Shown one piece after another: positions 10,048 through 21,679 of a stretch of DNA of 64,000 bases. This DNA is from Gemmatales bacterium (lineage in GTDB: Bacteria > Planctomycetota > Planctomycetia > Gemmatales > HRBIN36). A program made the position numbers and the translations under genes. How positions within the stretch are numbered: position 1 is the stretch's first letter; each line of letters begins with the position of its first letter. The notes under the pieces are model-generated. The model saw nothing but the letters and a program-made list of their open reading frames with translations, ran no database searches and was not told the origin of the DNA. The stretch covers positions 114,984-178,983 of the forward strand of contig JBEPZY010000002.1 of NCBI GenBank assembly GCA_041640595.1, in the 5' to 3' direction.

Positions 10048-11682
10048 CTAACTTCGCCCAACTAACTCGCCAGGCTCACGGTAAATACGCACCAGGAGCA
10101 GTTTCTCATCCTCATCGCCGCTCAACCACCGCCACCAGCCTGACAAAGCAGGACGTTCATCGCTCACCACCACCTCCCAGCCTAGCCCGGATTTTTCAAG
10201 CTGTCTAAGGGCTTTGCGAGAAACTATCACATAAAGTAGCCCGCGCCCTTCCAGCCAACCTCTTACCTGCTCAGCATCGAAACTACGCCGAATCGGTGGG
10301 CCGACATGATAACTAAGCAAATGCGCTTCCGTACCGAACATATAGATGGCCTGGTCGGCACCACAATACTGCCGCACTACCTGTGCGAAATCCCGTTCCT
10401 GTCGTACCTGGTTGATTTCGGGCAAAACCCAGGTGATATAGATACACCAGCCAACCACACTTATTGCTGCTGCGGAAGTATAGCCGAGATACCACCTTTT
10501 CCGCTGGGAAGTTGTCAGGCTATTGAGGAATTCGTCCAGCCTAAATCCCACAAACATTGCCAGAGCCGGATAAGCTGGCAATAAGTAGTCCGCCCGCTTA
10601 TAACGCATGCAGGAGAAAAAGAGCAGCATTACCAGAAACCAGATCGCTGAAAACCTCACAGCACGATCCTCACCGATGCGTCTATAGTCTCGGCAAGCTA
10701 ACCATAATGCCAGAAGTGCCACCGGACCTGCGTCGAAAACTAATCGCACGAGGTAAAAAGCCGGGCCTGACCAGTGCTGGTGCCGATCCAGCCGCGAGTC
10801 GCCGCCCAGACCTCGCGCCAGATTGTGCCGGTATAGAAACTCACGCACCCAATCTCCTTCGGTTGCCGCATTGGCTGCAATGTACCAGAGCAGGACCGGC
10901 CCGAAAACTATCACGCTGGCCAGGATATTAGCCGCTTGCGCTCGAAAGCTTAGTGCTAAGTCGTGTATGGACCAGCTTTGCCGGGAAATCAGTCGGTCGC
11001 AGACGCAGTTGCTAATCATCACCGCAGAAAACAGGACGATGGCAATGGGGCCTTTGCATAACAGCCCGGCCGCTAGTGCCAGAAGCATAAGCAGAAAACA
11101 ACCATGCCGAAGGTAAGGATGCGCCAGTCGGTGACTCACTAACATTGCCGTTAAGGCCACGGTGAGGGAAGCGGCAAGCGGCATATCCACCCTGCCCACC
11201 CGTGCCAGCCAGACGAAGTGCGGCATGAGGAGCAAACCACCCACGGCCAGCAGACTGGCGCGGAGCCTGCCGAGTATATATCCGCAAACTATCAGCGTTA
11301 GAACGATGCAGGAAGCAGCCAGAGCCGCCGGAAGCCGCACCGCCAGTGCGTCCACATGGCGCTGGCTGAGCCAGCACCAGGACGCAATCAGCCAGTAATA
11401 AAGCGGCGGTTTCTGTAACTCCAAACGACCGTCGAAAAGCTGAGGTAGCAGCCATTGTCCGCACAAAACCGAGCAGGCATTCTGCGCCGCTCGTGCTTCA
11501 TGGCTGCTCCACAGGTCGCGTTCATGCAGACGGTAACAGAAAAATAGAGCGCTTCCCAGCACCGTCACCCATGCCAGACAGGAGATGCGGAAACTAACAT
11601 CTAAGCTGGCTGGGTTGTTTAGATGCTCTAAGCAACCTGACGCTGGCTCTGCCGCTCGAAGAGTCGCTGATAGAGCGGGCAT
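10048..11682 (-). CDS. ArnT/GT39-GT83-like membrane glycosyltransferase
   Basis: HEAR, KPPLYYWL, RLPAALA, DMPLA, LCKGP and KRADYLLPAYPA motifs with many TM segments; start uncertain because it overlaps the ABC gene end. Confidence 0.85.
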   Translation of the reverse strand: MPALSATLRAAEPASGCLEHLNNPASLDVSFRISCLAWVTVLGSALFFCYRLHERDLWSSHEARAAQNACSVLCGQWLLPQLFDGRLELQKPPLYYWLIASWCWLSQRHVDALAVRLPAALAASCIVLTLIVCGYILGRLRASLLAVGGLLLMPHFVWLARVGRVDMPLAASLTVALTAMLVSHRLAHPYLRHGCFLLMLLALAAGLLCKGPIAIVLFSAVMISNCVCDRLISRQSWSIHDLALSFRAQAANILASVIVFGPVLLWYIAANAATEGDWVREFLYRHNLARGLGGDSRLDRHQHWSGPAFYLVRLVFDAGPVALLALWLACRDYRRIGEDRAVRFSAIWFLVMLLFFSCMRYKRADYLLPAYPALAMFVGFRLDEFLNSLTTSQRKRWYLGYTSAAAISVVGWCIYITWVLPEINQVRQERDFAQVVRQYCGADQAIYMFGTEAHLLSYHVGPPIRRSFDAEQVRGWLEGRGLLYVIVSRKALRQLEKSGLGWEVVVSDERPALSGWWRWLSGDEDEKLLLVRIYREPGELVGRS

Positions 11683-13649
11683 GTTTGCAATAACTCCGTA
11701 TGTGTGCCAATGCCTTCAACACGTCCTTTTTCCAGCACAATAATGCGATCGGCCAGCTCCAGGGTGCTCAGGCGATGGGTGATAATCAAGGTGGTGCGGT
11801 TGCGCATAAATTCGCGCAGGGCCTTATGCAATAGCATTTCGTTCTCCGGGTCGGAAGCACTGGTAAATTCGTCCAGAATCAAGATGCTTGGATTGCGCAG
11901 GATAGCGCGAGCCAGAGCTAAGCGTTGTCGCTGGCCGCCAGATAAGGCAAAGCCCATCTCGCCGATGCGCGTGTCGTAGCCATGCTTAAGCTGCATAATA
12001 AAGTCATGAGCATAGGCCCGGCGAGCAGCTTCTTCGACAAGTTCCTGCGGGACGTGGCGCAAACCGGCTGTGATATTGTTGCGGATGGTGTCATCGAAAA
12101 GGACGACTTCCTGCGGGACGAAACCGATCTGGCGACGCAGGCTTCGCAGGGTAAACTCACGGTGATCCGTGCCGTCTATGAGAATGACGCCGTGATCCGG
12201 ATCGTAAAATCGTGGCAATAAGCCGGCCAGCGTGGTTTTGCCGCTACCGTTACGGCCGACAATGGCAACGACCTCTCCGAATTGAATCTCGAAGCAGATA
12301 TTAGTTAGCACGGCCTGGCCGGGGCGATAGGAAAAGCAAACGTCGCGAAAGACTATATTTTTGCGGTGCTCACGAAGCAGGCGACCGGGGAAGGGACTCT
12401 GCACGCGCGGGTGACGGTCTATGTAGTGAAAGATGCGATCAGCAGCGGCAGCGCCGGCCTGCAGTTTGTTGTAAACGGAAGAGAGCTTGCGAACCGGATC
12501 GGCAATGGCAGCCAGCAAGGCATATAAGGCCAGCAAAGATTCCGGTTCTAAAGGTTCGGCGGTCATGCGCATGCCCCAGATGTGGGTCTGGTTCCGCAAT
12601 ACCAGGTAGGAGCCGCCAATCAATGCACCAGCCACAGCCACGACCGCCAGCCATTCCATGACCGGGCCACTAAGCGCTTCCAGAACCACCAGCCGCATTC
12701 CCCGACGATAGTAATCCCGCGAGGCTTGATAGAGGTGTAAACGTTTTCGCGCTTCCATAGTAAAGGCCTTGATGACCTTGATGGTCAGGAACGTTTCCTG
12801 CAACACCTTATAAAGCTGGGACATACTCTCTAACATTTTTCGGCCGGCGCGTTTCATAGTGGTGCCCACTTTGCTCATGGTAAACAGGGCGATAGGTACT
12901 AAGACGAGAAATAATAGGGTCAGCCGCCAGCTTATCCAGCAGGCAAAGAGGATACAGCTGAGGGCCTTGAGCGGTTCCGCGACAACCTTGCCGAAGAGCG
13001 TTTTCAGGCCATTCGCCAGGGACTCCATATCGTTGGTGAAGCGAGCCATAAGTTCATGGGTGCCATCTTCGCTGAATTGAGTTACATCCAGGCGCAGGAC
13101 GTGATCATAGAGGGCGTTGCGGAGGTCTAATAGAGCCAGGTGCACGACACTGCCGACCAGGGTTTCCTGGGCGAAATCAAATATCCCCTTGATAGCAACT
13201 GCAAGGACTACGATGGCCAGAAGATGCACCAGTGTTTCAAAGCGGTCGGTGGGGCAAAACCTGTAGATATAGAGGCGCAGCGTCTGCAACCAGCTAAGCA
13301 TCCAGCGGGAATGAGCGAGATCGGCTTCGTCTTTGGCGAGGTCGCGGGTAAGCTCGGCAAGTCGGCGTTCCCGACTGCGCGAAGGGGGCAGGTTTTCGGT
13401 GCGCTGAATTTCCTTGCTGCGGCGGTCAATCAGGTCCTGCAAACGGTCAATGTCCGCCTCCTTGATGCGGATTTCGTTATCTATCCAGGTTTGCAAATTG
13501 GTGTCGCGGGTAAGGACTTTGAGCACCGGATAGATAGCGGTGAAGTTAGCCCCCCACAAAACCGCCACGCCCAGGGCACACAGCAGGGAAGCAAAAAGGC
13601 GGTTCCGATAGGGCCAGGCAAAGCGTAAAGCCCGCAGGAAATTCCGCAT
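11628..13649 (-). CDS. ABC transporter, fused permease/ATPase (MsbA-like)
   Basis: GRNGSGKTT Walker A, LSGGQRQR signature, ILILDE Walker B, and an N-terminal TM domain. Confidence 0.93.
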   Translation of the reverse strand: MRNFLRALRFAWPYRNRLFASLLCALGVAVLWGANFTAIYPVLKVLTRDTNLQTWIDNEIRIKEADIDRLQDLIDRRSKEIQRTENLPPSRSRERRLAELTRDLAKDEADLAHSRWMLSWLQTLRLYIYRFCPTDRFETLVHLLAIVVLAVAIKGIFDFAQETLVGSVVHLALLDLRNALYDHVLRLDVTQFSEDGTHELMARFTNDMESLANGLKTLFGKVVAEPLKALSCILFACWISWRLTLLFLVLVPIALFTMSKVGTTMKRAGRKMLESMSQLYKVLQETFLTIKVIKAFTMEARKRLHLYQASRDYYRRGMRLVVLEALSGPVMEWLAVVAVAGALIGGSYLVLRNQTHIWGMRMTAEPLEPESLLALYALLAAIADPVRKLSSVYNKLQAGAAAADRIFHYIDRHPRVQSPFPGRLLREHRKNIVFRDVCFSYRPGQAVLTNICFEIQFGEVVAIVGRNGSGKTTLAGLLPRFYDPDHGVILIDGTDHREFTLRSLRRQIGFVPQEVVLFDDTIRNNITAGLRHVPQELVEEAARRAYAHDFIMQLKHGYDTRIGEMGFALSGGQRQRLALARAILRNPSILILDEFTSASDPENEMLLHKALREFMRNRTTLIITHRLSTLELADRIIVLEKGRVEGIGTHTELLQTCPLYQRLFERQSQRQVA

Positions 13650-14349
13650 GGCAGCATCTTTCTGAAAGTCCGGGAAAATTCACGGACAAATTTAGTCCGC
13701 TAAAGGCTCCCTTGTAGCAGAAAGTGCAAACTAGCTCAAGGCCAGCCGTACCGGCAACGGATCGAAAGACCCAGTGAAGGCGGGATTGTTCGCCGGCACT
13801 CCCTGCGCCTACCGGTAGCCGAAACGTCAGTTGCGGCCCGTGTTCGAGCATGATTTTTCGGAACTTAGTTCCGGGCCCCGCGCTACTGGTAGCCGGAACA
13901 TCGGTTGCGACTGGTTACCGATGGCCGCGGTGATTGCTCATATCGAACATCAGGCGGGATGAACAGGCGGTGAGCAATCGAATGTGTCCCGCTGGCGGGG
14001 CACCAACCCGCGCCTCGATATACCGGGAGAAGCAGGCGGCCAGTAATCGAGCATCGCCCGCTGGTCAGCGAGTTTGAGAACGAACGATGACTTTCTTGAA
14101 TGGCAGGTGAGCGACCGGGCTTGGCCAGCTGGTCGGATCGCGGTTGTTCCAATGCTTATGCTATGGACCTTGGCTTGCGAGAAGGTGGGAGTGGCCAGCT
14201 GGTCAAATCACAGTTGTTCCAATGCCGGACAAAGCATAAAGACCTGGGGGAAACGGACGCGGCTTGCGGATGGATTGGGGTAGCCGCAAAGGTGCCTGGC
14301 TGAACAAAAGCACGCCCGAATGTGCAGCCTGGACTTGCGGGTTTACGAA

Positions 14350-15654
14350 TCAGAAGTGGCGCTGACCGTTGCGGAATTGTTCCATGACGATAGCAGCATT
14401 TTGCCCGCCAAAGCCGAAACTGTTGGAAACGGCGATGCGAACTTTTTGTTCGCGGGCCACGTTGGGCACGTAGTCGAGGTCGCAAGCCGGATCGGGGTAT
14501 TCGTAATTGATGGTGGGCGGCAACACGCCTTCCTTGAGAGTCAGGGCCAGAGCAACGGCTTCGACAGCCCCCGCGGCGCCGATGAGATGGCCGATCATGG
14601 ATTTGATCGAGCTTAGTGGCAGGCGTTTGGCTTTCTCGCCGAAGACGAGTTTGACGGCGTTGGTTTCCATTTCGTCGTTGAGGCGGGTGCTGGTGCCGTG
14701 GGCGTTGATGTAATCCACATCCTGTTCGTTGACGCGAGCTTCGCGAAGGGCCCAGCGAATGGCGCGAGCGGCTCCTTTCCCCTGGGGGTCAGGCTTGGTG
14801 ACGGAGTAGGCGTCGAAACTGGAGCCATAGCCGGTCACTTCGCAATAGATAGTCGCACCGCGGCGGCGGGCGTGTTCGAGTTCTTCCAGCACCAATACGC
14901 CAGCTCCTTCACCCAGCACGAAGCCGTCTCGCTCGCGGTCAAACGGTCGAGAAACCGCCTGGGGTGGACGCAAGGCCCGGCTGAGAGCGCCCAGAGCGTT
15001 GTAGGCAAGCAGGAGTAGGGGATCAATTCGGCTGTCGGCACCTCCGGCCAGCATAATGTCGGCATCGCCGCGTGCAATCAAGCGAAACGCCTCACCAATC
15101 GCCTGAGTCCCCGCAGCGCAGGCGGTGGTAATGGTGCTGTTCGGCCCCTGAGCGTTGAACATGATGGAGATGTGAGCGGCGGCCATATTCGGCAGATACT
15201 TGAGAATCCAGAGCGGAAACAGGACGGAGGAACCGCACTGACCCAGCCGGGTTACATCCAGTCGCCCCGACTCATCGCATGCCTGAACCAGAGCCGGGGA
15301 AATTTCGGGCAGTTCGGTGGGAACGATCCCCGTGCCCATGCACACGCCGAATCGTTCCGGGTTGATGCGATTGAGATCGAGACCGGCGTCCTGAATAGCC
15401 ATAGCCGCGGCAGCCACGCCGAAACGCATGGCCCGCCCCATAATCTTGAGGGATTTGCGATGTTCCGCCGGTACCCAGGGCGTTACATCGAAATCGCGAA
15501 CTTCCGCGGCAATTTTGACCGGATGCTGGGAAGCGTCGAAACTGGTAATGGGGCCAACCCCACTGTGCCCTTCGACACAGGCTTTCCAGAAGGCCTCTTT
15601 GCCAATACCGTTAGGAGCCACCACTCCCAGACCGGTTACCACCACCCGGCGCAT
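14350..15654 (-). CDS. fabF: Beta-ketoacyl-ACP synthase II family
   Basis: RRVVVTGLG, TACAAG (catalytic Cys), NAHGTST, KSMIGH and SNSFGFGG. Confidence 0.92.
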   Translation of the reverse strand: MRRVVVTGLGVVAPNGIGKEAFWKACVEGHSGVGPITSFDASQHPVKIAAEVRDFDVTPWVPAEHRKSLKIMGRAMRFGVAAAAMAIQDAGLDLNRINPERFGVCMGTGIVPTELPEISPALVQACDESGRLDVTRLGQCGSSVLFPLWILKYLPNMAAAHISIMFNAQGPNSTITTACAAGTQAIGEAFRLIARGDADIMLAGGADSRIDPLLLLAYNALGALSRALRPPQAVSRPFDRERDGFVLGEGAGVLVLEELEHARRRGATIYCEVTGYGSSFDAYSVTKPDPQGKGAARAIRWALREARVNEQDVDYINAHGTSTRLNDEMETNAVKLVFGEKAKRLPLSSIKSMIGHLIGAAGAVEAVALALTLKEGVLPPTINYEYPDPACDLDYVPNVAREQKVRIAVSNSFGFGGQNAAIVMEQFRNGQRHF

Positions 15655-16285
15655 AATCTCGCTTCCGTTGTGCCTCGAAGGTGTCCGTCCCTAGACATTG
15701 TCGTCCGAACCAGGCCGAAAGTTTACAGTGCTCTGCCGCTGGCTTGCTTTTTCCAGCCGCTTTATTCTACATAGACCCGATTTGACGGCAAACTTTGCAT
15801 GCCTTTCTGATTTTCACTCCCTTGGACACCCGCTCGAGTTGATAATAAACTTTACCATGCGACTGGAGCTTCTGGCATCTTCGAGCCGGGAAAAGCCAGT
15901 TTCGCCTGAGCCCTACCGGAACGGGAATTGCTTTCGATAGGAAGCATGGCGGATTTGTCGAAAAAGCGAAATTGGCCTGCGTCGCATCCGGCAACCCACC
16001 GCGTGGAATTTCCCGCCAGAAACTGTCTTTCTGCCAGAGATCGAAACCGGGCGAAAGTTGTATTAGGCCGACGGAATCTCACTCCCTGAGGGATCGGTGC
16101 AAAGTGGGGTAGCGGCTGCATTGATCGGGGAAGATTTGCCGATGATCAGGACAGGAGCCACTCGCCGCGTCGTCTTTCGGCGACAGCGCATGCACGCGGG
16201 CCAGGCGAGCGAAGCGGAGCCCTTTGTACCCACGGCACCGGTGGTGAGAAGAACATGAATTTTGTAAAAAAAGTTGACGGGTGGG

Positions 16286-16314
16286 TTGCAAAAGCAGCGT
16301 CGGTTTGCGACAAT
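16286..16314 (+). promoter_or_regulatory. Possible sigma70-type promoter for the AAA-like gene
   Basis: TTGCAA-17 bp-GACAAT with a TG extension, preceded by an A/T tract. Confidence 0.3.
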
Positions 16315-16379
16315 GGCATACAGAACCTGCCCCGACTTGAGGACGGTTAAAACCATGCCTGCAGGTTTGTGTCGCAACC

Positions 16380-19300
16380 ATGTCAAGCTCTGGAGGTCGG
16401 TATCAGGACCGCCAGAGGCTTGCTCCGGGAGAAGACAGCGAGGTTGACGCATCTATGACGCCCGCAGCCAGTGTCTGTTTGCCCAACAGCAGCACTTGCT
16501 ATGAGACGCTTTCACCACGAGAAACCGAGCCGGCAGCTTATACCCGTTTACCGTCCGCGACCGAATCGGTCCGGGATGATCCCGCTGGACGGCCTGGCGT
16601 GAAATCGTCACCGGGTGCGGAACCAGTACCCAGCAACACTTCCGCCGAGCCAACCTTGGCTGAACTATCGAGCCGCGATGGCCTGGTCACGGCAGGTGGG
16701 TGTTTGCCACGGGCCGCAGAACCGATCACCGGCCGCGAAGAGTCGGCGGAAGTAGTGTTAGCGGAACTGGCACGACTCGCCCCCTGGCTGGTCAATGGGG
16801 AGCTGGAGCAACTGCGCCAGGGGAGCAACCGTGAACGAGCCGGGGTCGCCGAACCGTGTGAAGTCGGAGCCGGGCGATCCGAAGCGCCAGCCGTGGCACC
16901 ACCGCCGCAGCAAGTCCGATGGTTCGACGCGGACTTGACGCCGTTACAAAAGGAAGTGGTGCATCGGGCACTGAAAAGTGGCGGAATTTTCCTGATCCAG
17001 GGGCCACCGGCCAGCGGTAAGCTGCGTGCGGTGGTGGAGTTAGTTCGCCAATGGCTGGCACGCGGGGATCGGCTGGTGATCACATCGCCCCGCACGGAGA
17101 CGTTGCAGGCTTTCCTCGAACGACTGGAACGGGCCACCGATGGAGCCAGGACGTCTGGCTGGCGTGGCGAGGATTTTCTGGTGGTTTATTGCCCGGCGGA
17201 AGACGGATCGGAGCCAGGCTCATCGCTACAGCCGTGGTTAGCTGAAGTGCGGACCAAAAAATGGGTCCATAGCTGGCAGCATCGCTGCTGGGTGGCGTTG
17301 AAGGCCTGCCAGACAGAAGCGGACCGATTGGCCCGCGCCACGAAACTGCTCGAACAGCTGGAGGAACTCTGCCAGGCCTGTCGCCAGGAGCAAGACCTGC
17401 AGCAGACCCGCAACCTTGCCCTGCAGCGACTGGCTGAGCGATACCGTCTCTGGGTCGGTCAGCCAAACGATACCGGTGGCGATCCGCCGGACAATTCCTG
17501 GGTGCGCGAGTGTGCCGAGTTGCACCAGGCCCTTGATCAGGAAAAACGCAAGCACGAGGCGTGTCTGGCCGATTTACATCAGCGCCTCCAACAACTCCGT
17601 TGTCTGCTGCAGGAATCGAGCCAGCAGGTATCGCAATGGCAGGAAAAAGTCAAAGCACTGGAAGAAATCGTCGCCGTCAAACGGGCACGAGCATTCTGGC
17701 GGTGGTTATGGTGGAAGACGGTGTTCCAGACACGCAGTGCCGAGCGGCTGGCGGAATTTCAGGCTCGTTGGCAGGAATCCCAGCAACAGTATCAGGACTG
17801 TTTGCAGCAGTGTCAGGAGCTGGAGCAAGAAATTGCGCGTGAACAGCAGCGACATGTTAGCGCACGCATCCAGATTATCAAGGCAGCGCTGGAGAAACAG
17901 CGGGAAGAGCTCGAGCGAGACCTGGCCGACACGCAGAATCGCCTGGCGGAACTGTTGCGGCAGTGGTGTCGCCAGCGTGAGCAATTACGGTCTGTGCTTG
18001 CGGACTGGGATTGCCCGGAATCGCCGCCATCGTCACCGACCCTGCTGCGTCAACAACAGGAGCGATGCCGCCGTCAACAGCAACACCTGGCGTCCCAGGC
18101 CGCGTACCTGCAGCAGGTTCTGGAAGCCCTGGGCCAGTGGGGTGATGGTCAGTCGGACACAATCGTGAGGCGGGCCCATGTGTGCGTAGCCCCGCTGGAA
18201 GCATTGCTACGCCAGGAAGCGCTACGGAGAGCCGAGCGGATGATCGTGCTAGATGCCCATGAAATTCCAGCCCAGGTCTGGGATTCGCTGCATGTGGATG
18301 GCATGCCGGTTGTGCTGAGCGGTGAGCCGGTTTGCCGGACCACCTGGTGTGAGCGATCCCCGACACAAACCGTCGGCCCGTTGGCCGAACCGCAAACGCA
18401 GCTGCTGGAACAACAATGGCAGGAATTGGGTGGTGGCACCGTGCTGCCGTCGTGCCGGTGGTTGCAGTCGGCCGCGGGAATTACGTGCCAGTTGACGCCG
18501 ATGCTCAACTTTCGCCCCGAACAGATCCGCGTCGAGCCGCTCGCCGATCATCCCGAAGTAATTTTGCGTTTTATCGAAACGCCGGCCCAGGGACGCGTTT
18601 TGGCCGAGGTCTTTTTCCCATCGCCGCGCTACGACGTCAGTCTGGCCAAAACCTTCCTGACCAGCCAGCTGGAACAGCTGTACCTCTGGCCGGTTGGCCC
18701 GCGACCGCGCTGGCGAGAAGGAGAAGAGCACTGGTACTGCGAATGGTTACCGCTGCATGCGGAGCATCTAGCCGAGGCGTTGCCAGCGGCGAAAAGCATC
18801 CGCGTAGATTACGGCCAGGGTATCGCCGAGGAATTGCTGGCGGTATCGGAGAACGATGGCCGCACCGCCTGGCGTACTCTGCGCGTTTGTTTCGAAAAGT
18901 CCTGCGGCTGGACTGCGGCAAGCGCTGAGCAGTGGCTGCGTGAAAACAGTCACCACGGCCCGCATTCCGATGCTGCCTGGTTGTGGTGCTGGCGCGGTGG
19001 AACAGGGCCGCTCGGCGATTGGCCTGCCTGGGTGCTCGGATACCTGGCCACGGGAAATCTGTCCGGGTTGTGGCGACTCCCAGCGAAGCGGTCGCAGCGT
19101 GGCTCACCAGTGCGGCAGCGTTCCCATTCGCCCGATACCGTGGACCTGGCCTCCGATCAGCGCAAACGATTGCCACTGGCCTGGCAATGCGTCCTGCCTG
19201 CCCGCGGGTTCATCCATCCCCAGCAGGCTGAGCAGTTGATCGCTCGGTTGCGGGAACTGATCCCGACCCTGCGTTCGTTGGCCTCGAATTGGTGGTTTGT

Positions 19301-19697
19301 CGGCTGGTGGGAAATGGCACAACTGGAATTGCTCCGCTGGTTGTGGCGGCAGGGCCAGAGCGAAACGGATATTGCGGGCGACTTTTTCTCGCTCCGTGTC
19401 GGTCCATTACTGGCGACAGGCAAGAGCAACAAGAGCCGACTTTCGCCGACCGCGAAGCTGGCTCCGCAGCCAGCCGACGGGGTTCTGCTCATTCTCGAAA
19501 GTATGCCGACCAGTCCGGATGGGGTGCACTGGCAGGATTGGGTGCAGTGCGCCGCCCTGACGCAACGCTGTCTGGTACTGCTCGAACCGGATTACGAGCA
19601 ATGCTATCGCCAGTTGAATGCGCGTGGCTACAATTCCGCCTGGCTGAGCGACCTTTTGCAACGCGTCGCAAAGCTGCCCGTGGTACCGATGGACTAA
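16380..19697 (+). CDS. Degenerate Upf1/DNA2-like SF1 helicase (AAA domain) with a long coiled-coil insert
   Basis: [36 protein letters not shown] matches the SF1B N-terminus; about 300 aa Q/E/L-rich coiled coil; degenerate motif II (IVLDAHEI) and motif III (VLSGEP); start uncertain. Confidence 0.75.
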   Translation: MSSSGGRYQDRQRLAPGEDSEVDASMTPAASVCLPNSSTCYETLSPRETEPAAYTRLPSATESVRDDPAGRPGVKSSPGAEPVPSNTSAEPTLAELSSRDGLVTAGGCLPRAAEPITGREESAEVVLAELARLAPWLVNGELEQLRQGSNRERAGVAEPCEVGAGRSEAPAVAPPPQQVRWFDADLTPLQKEVVHRALKSGGIFLIQGPPASGKLRAVVELVRQWLARGDRLVITSPRTETLQAFLERLERATDGARTSGWRGEDFLVVYCPAEDGSEPGSSLQPWLAEVRTKKWVHSWQHRCWVALKACQTEADRLARATKLLEQLEELCQACRQEQDLQQTRNLALQRLAERYRLWVGQPNDTGGDPPDNSWVRECAELHQALDQEKRKHEACLADLHQRLQQLRCLLQESSQQVSQWQEKVKALEEIVAVKRARAFWRWLWWKTVFQTRSAERLAEFQARWQESQQQYQDCLQQCQELEQEIAREQQRHVSARIQIIKAALEKQREELERDLADTQNRLAELLRQWCRQREQLRSVLADWDCPESPPSSPTLLRQQQERCRRQQQHLASQAAYLQQVLEALGQWGDGQSDTIVRRAHVCVAPLEALLRQEALRRAERMIVLDAHEIPAQVWDSLHVDGMPVVLSGEPVCRTTWCERSPTQTVGPLAEPQTQLLEQQWQELGGGTVLPSCRWLQSAAGITCQLTPMLNFRPEQIRVEPLADHPEVILRFIETPAQGRVLAEVFFPSPRYDVSLAKTFLTSQLEQLYLWPVGPRPRWREGEEHWYCEWLPLHAEHLAEALPAAKSIRVDYGQGIAEELLAVSENDGRTAWRTLRVCFEKSCGWTAASAEQWLRENSHHGPHSDAAWLWCWRGGTGPLGDWPAWVLGYLATGNLSGLWRLPAKRSQRGSPVRQRSHSPDTVDLASDQRKRLPLAWQCVLPARGFIHPQQAEQLIARLRELIPTLRSLASNWWFVGWWEMAQLELLRWLWRQGQSETDIAGDFFSLRVGPLLATGKSNKSRLSPTAKLAPQPADGVLLILESMPTSPDGVHWQDWVQCAALTQRCLVLLEPDYEQCYRQLNARGYNSAWLSDLLQRVAKLPVVPMD

Positions 19698-19749
19698 CCG
19701 CATCCCGAAAGCGGACGCCAGCGGCTCCCGACTGCGGACGGGTCGAGCT

Positions 19750-20838
19750 ATGAAATTTGTCCACGAGATCAGCCAGAAGCGCATTGCTCCACCTGCAATT
19801 CGTGCCAGCACGAGTATCAGCGAGTTGGTGCAGGAAGTTTTCCTTTCCTACAACGCGGGACGCTTGCGGGAAGCGTGTCGGCTTTTCGTGGAAAAAATGC
19901 TGGCTCCGGAAACCACGGTCGGCCTGTCGCTGAGCGGGGCGCTCACACCGGCCGGCCTGGGCATGTCCTGCCTGGTTCCGCTTATCGAGGCCGGGTTTGT
20001 GGACTGGATCGTCAGCACCGGCGCCAACATCTACCACGACACGCATTTCGCCCTGGGAATGGAACTGCATCAATCGCGGCCCGGCCTGGACGATTATCAA
20101 CTGCGACAGCATCAGGTCATCCGCATTTACGATATTGTGTTTGAATACCACAACCTGCTGGAGACGGATCGGTTTTATCGGAAGTTGTGCTCAGCCGAGC
20201 CATTTCAGCGCACTTTCAGCACGGCAGAGTTTCACTACGAATTGGGGCGGTACCTGGCGGAACTGGAAGAGCGATCGGGTCGGCGGGGCAGCAGTTTCGT
20301 AGCAGCAGCGTATCGCGCGGCGGTGCCGATTTTCACTTCCTCTCCCGGCGACAGTTCGATCGGCATGAATCTGGCGGCGTTGCAACTGGCTGGCAGTCGC
20401 CTGCAACTTGACCCCTGCCGCGATGTCAATCAGTCGGCCGCAATTGTCTGGCAAGCCAAACGCTCAGGACACAGCGCCGTGCTGATTATCGGCGGGGGCT
20501 CTCCCAAAAATTTCCTCCTGCAGACCGAACCTCACATCCAGGAAGTGCTCGGTCTGGAAGAAAGCGGGCACGATTATTTCCTGCAAATTACCGATGCCCG
20601 ACCGGACACCGGAGGACTCTCCGGAGCCACGCCCTCCGAAGCGATGACCTGGGGAAAAGTGGACCCGCAACAGTTGCCTCACAGCGTCATCTGTTACCTG
20701 GACAGCACGGTGGCGTTGCCGATTCTAACATCCTACGCGCTGGCGAATCATCCCCCGCGACCGCATCGCCGCATTATGGACAAACTGGCCGACTGGACGG
20801 AGCAACTGCGTCAGGCCTATCTTCGGGCCAGCAGTTGA
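19750..20838 (+). CDS. Deoxyhypusine synthase-like / homospermidine biosynthesis (SpeY-like) protein
   Basis: [45 protein letters not shown]. Confidence 0.9.
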   Translation: MKFVHEISQKRIAPPAIRASTSISELVQEVFLSYNAGRLREACRLFVEKMLAPETTVGLSLSGALTPAGLGMSCLVPLIEAGFVDWIVSTGANIYHDTHFALGMELHQSRPGLDDYQLRQHQVIRIYDIVFEYHNLLETDRFYRKLCSAEPFQRTFSTAEFHYELGRYLAELEERSGRRGSSFVAAAYRAAVPIFTSSPGDSSIGMNLAALQLAGSRLQLDPCRDVNQSAAIVWQAKRSGHSAVLIIGGGSPKNFLLQTEPHIQEVLGLEESGHDYFLQITDARPDTGGLSGATPSEAMTWGKVDPQQLPHSVICYLDSTVALPILTSYALANHPPRPHRRIMDKLADWTEQLRQAYLRASS

Positions 20839-20932
20839 CCGTTGCACGTTGCCAACCGCTGCAGACGCCCTTGACCTGCCTGGCGTTCCCTGCTATTTCG
20901 CACGCCCAAACTCCGGGCAAAGCAGGTGAATC

Positions 20933-21157
20933 ATGAGGTGGAGTTGGGTGCTGGCCATTTTGCTGGTTGGATGCAGTACCGCTCCGTTAGCGGATTTGCT
21001 GGATTACGCCCGTCCTGCCCGTTCCCCGCTGGCGGGAGAACCGATTATCGGCGGGGTCGGCCCAGCACCAGGCGCGATTCCACCTCCGGTGCCTCCCGGT
21101 GCGGAACCGGTTCTTCCGCCGGCCCCAGGCTCAGCGATACCACCACCGCCTTTGTAA
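20933..21157 (+). CDS. Small Pro-rich lipoprotein
   Basis: Signal peptide with lipobox LVGC, CAGGTG RBS-like sequence upstream, Pro-rich tail. Confidence 0.7.
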   Translation: MRWSWVLAILLVGCSTAPLADLLDYARPARSPLAGEPIIGGVGPAPGAIPPPVPPGAEPVLPPAPGSAIPPPPL

Positions 21158-21186
21158 ACTTTATCCTGTGATTCGACCGCCACCGG

Positions 21187-21345
21187 ATACAAACGCACGT
21201 AGGCCCCTCCCAGTACACGAGCAACTGGTGTTTTTCCTGCGGTGGTATGCCAGATACAAACGCACGTAAGCGCCTCCAGTACGGCGTTCAAACGTTCTAC
21301 CCAGCAGTGCATGTCGAAAATACAAACGCACGTAGGCGCCACCAG
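21187..21345. repeat. Degenerate tandem repeat, period 66-67 bp, 3 copies
   Basis: ATACAAACGCACGTA at 21187, 21254 and 21320. Confidence 0.85.
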
Positions 21346-21426
21346 TAGCCCCGCTGCCTGTGCAAACTGCCCCAGTTGCCGCCTGGCTTAGACACACAGC
21401 GAGGTCCTTTCGGTAACGTTTTTACG

Positions 21427-21632
21427 ATCCGTTGTGCGTGTTCACTTTGCTGGACCACGGTGGACGAGAAATCCTTTGGCCAACGGTTCTGCCATCCGCT
21501 GTGCGTGTTCACTTCGCTGGATCACGCCGGACGAGAAGTCCTTTGGCCAACGATTTTGCCATCCGCTGTGCGTGTTCACTTTGCTGGACCACGCTGCACG
21601 AGAGGCCCTTTCAATAACGGCCTTACGATCCG
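21427..21632. repeat. Degenerate tandem repeat, period 67 bp, about 3 copies
   Basis: ATCCG[C/T]TGTGCGTGTTCACTT.GCTGGA at 21427, 21494 and 21561; partial copy at 21628. Confidence 0.9.
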
Positions 21633-21679
21633 GCACCCCGTCGGTCGCCCTCGTCACCGCTCGCAACACTGCGCACGAT

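Noticed and set aside
13650..16379. Short ORFs in the gaps flanking fabF (13650-14349 and 15655-16379)
   Set aside because: No motifs, RBS or consistent coding signal; left unannotated
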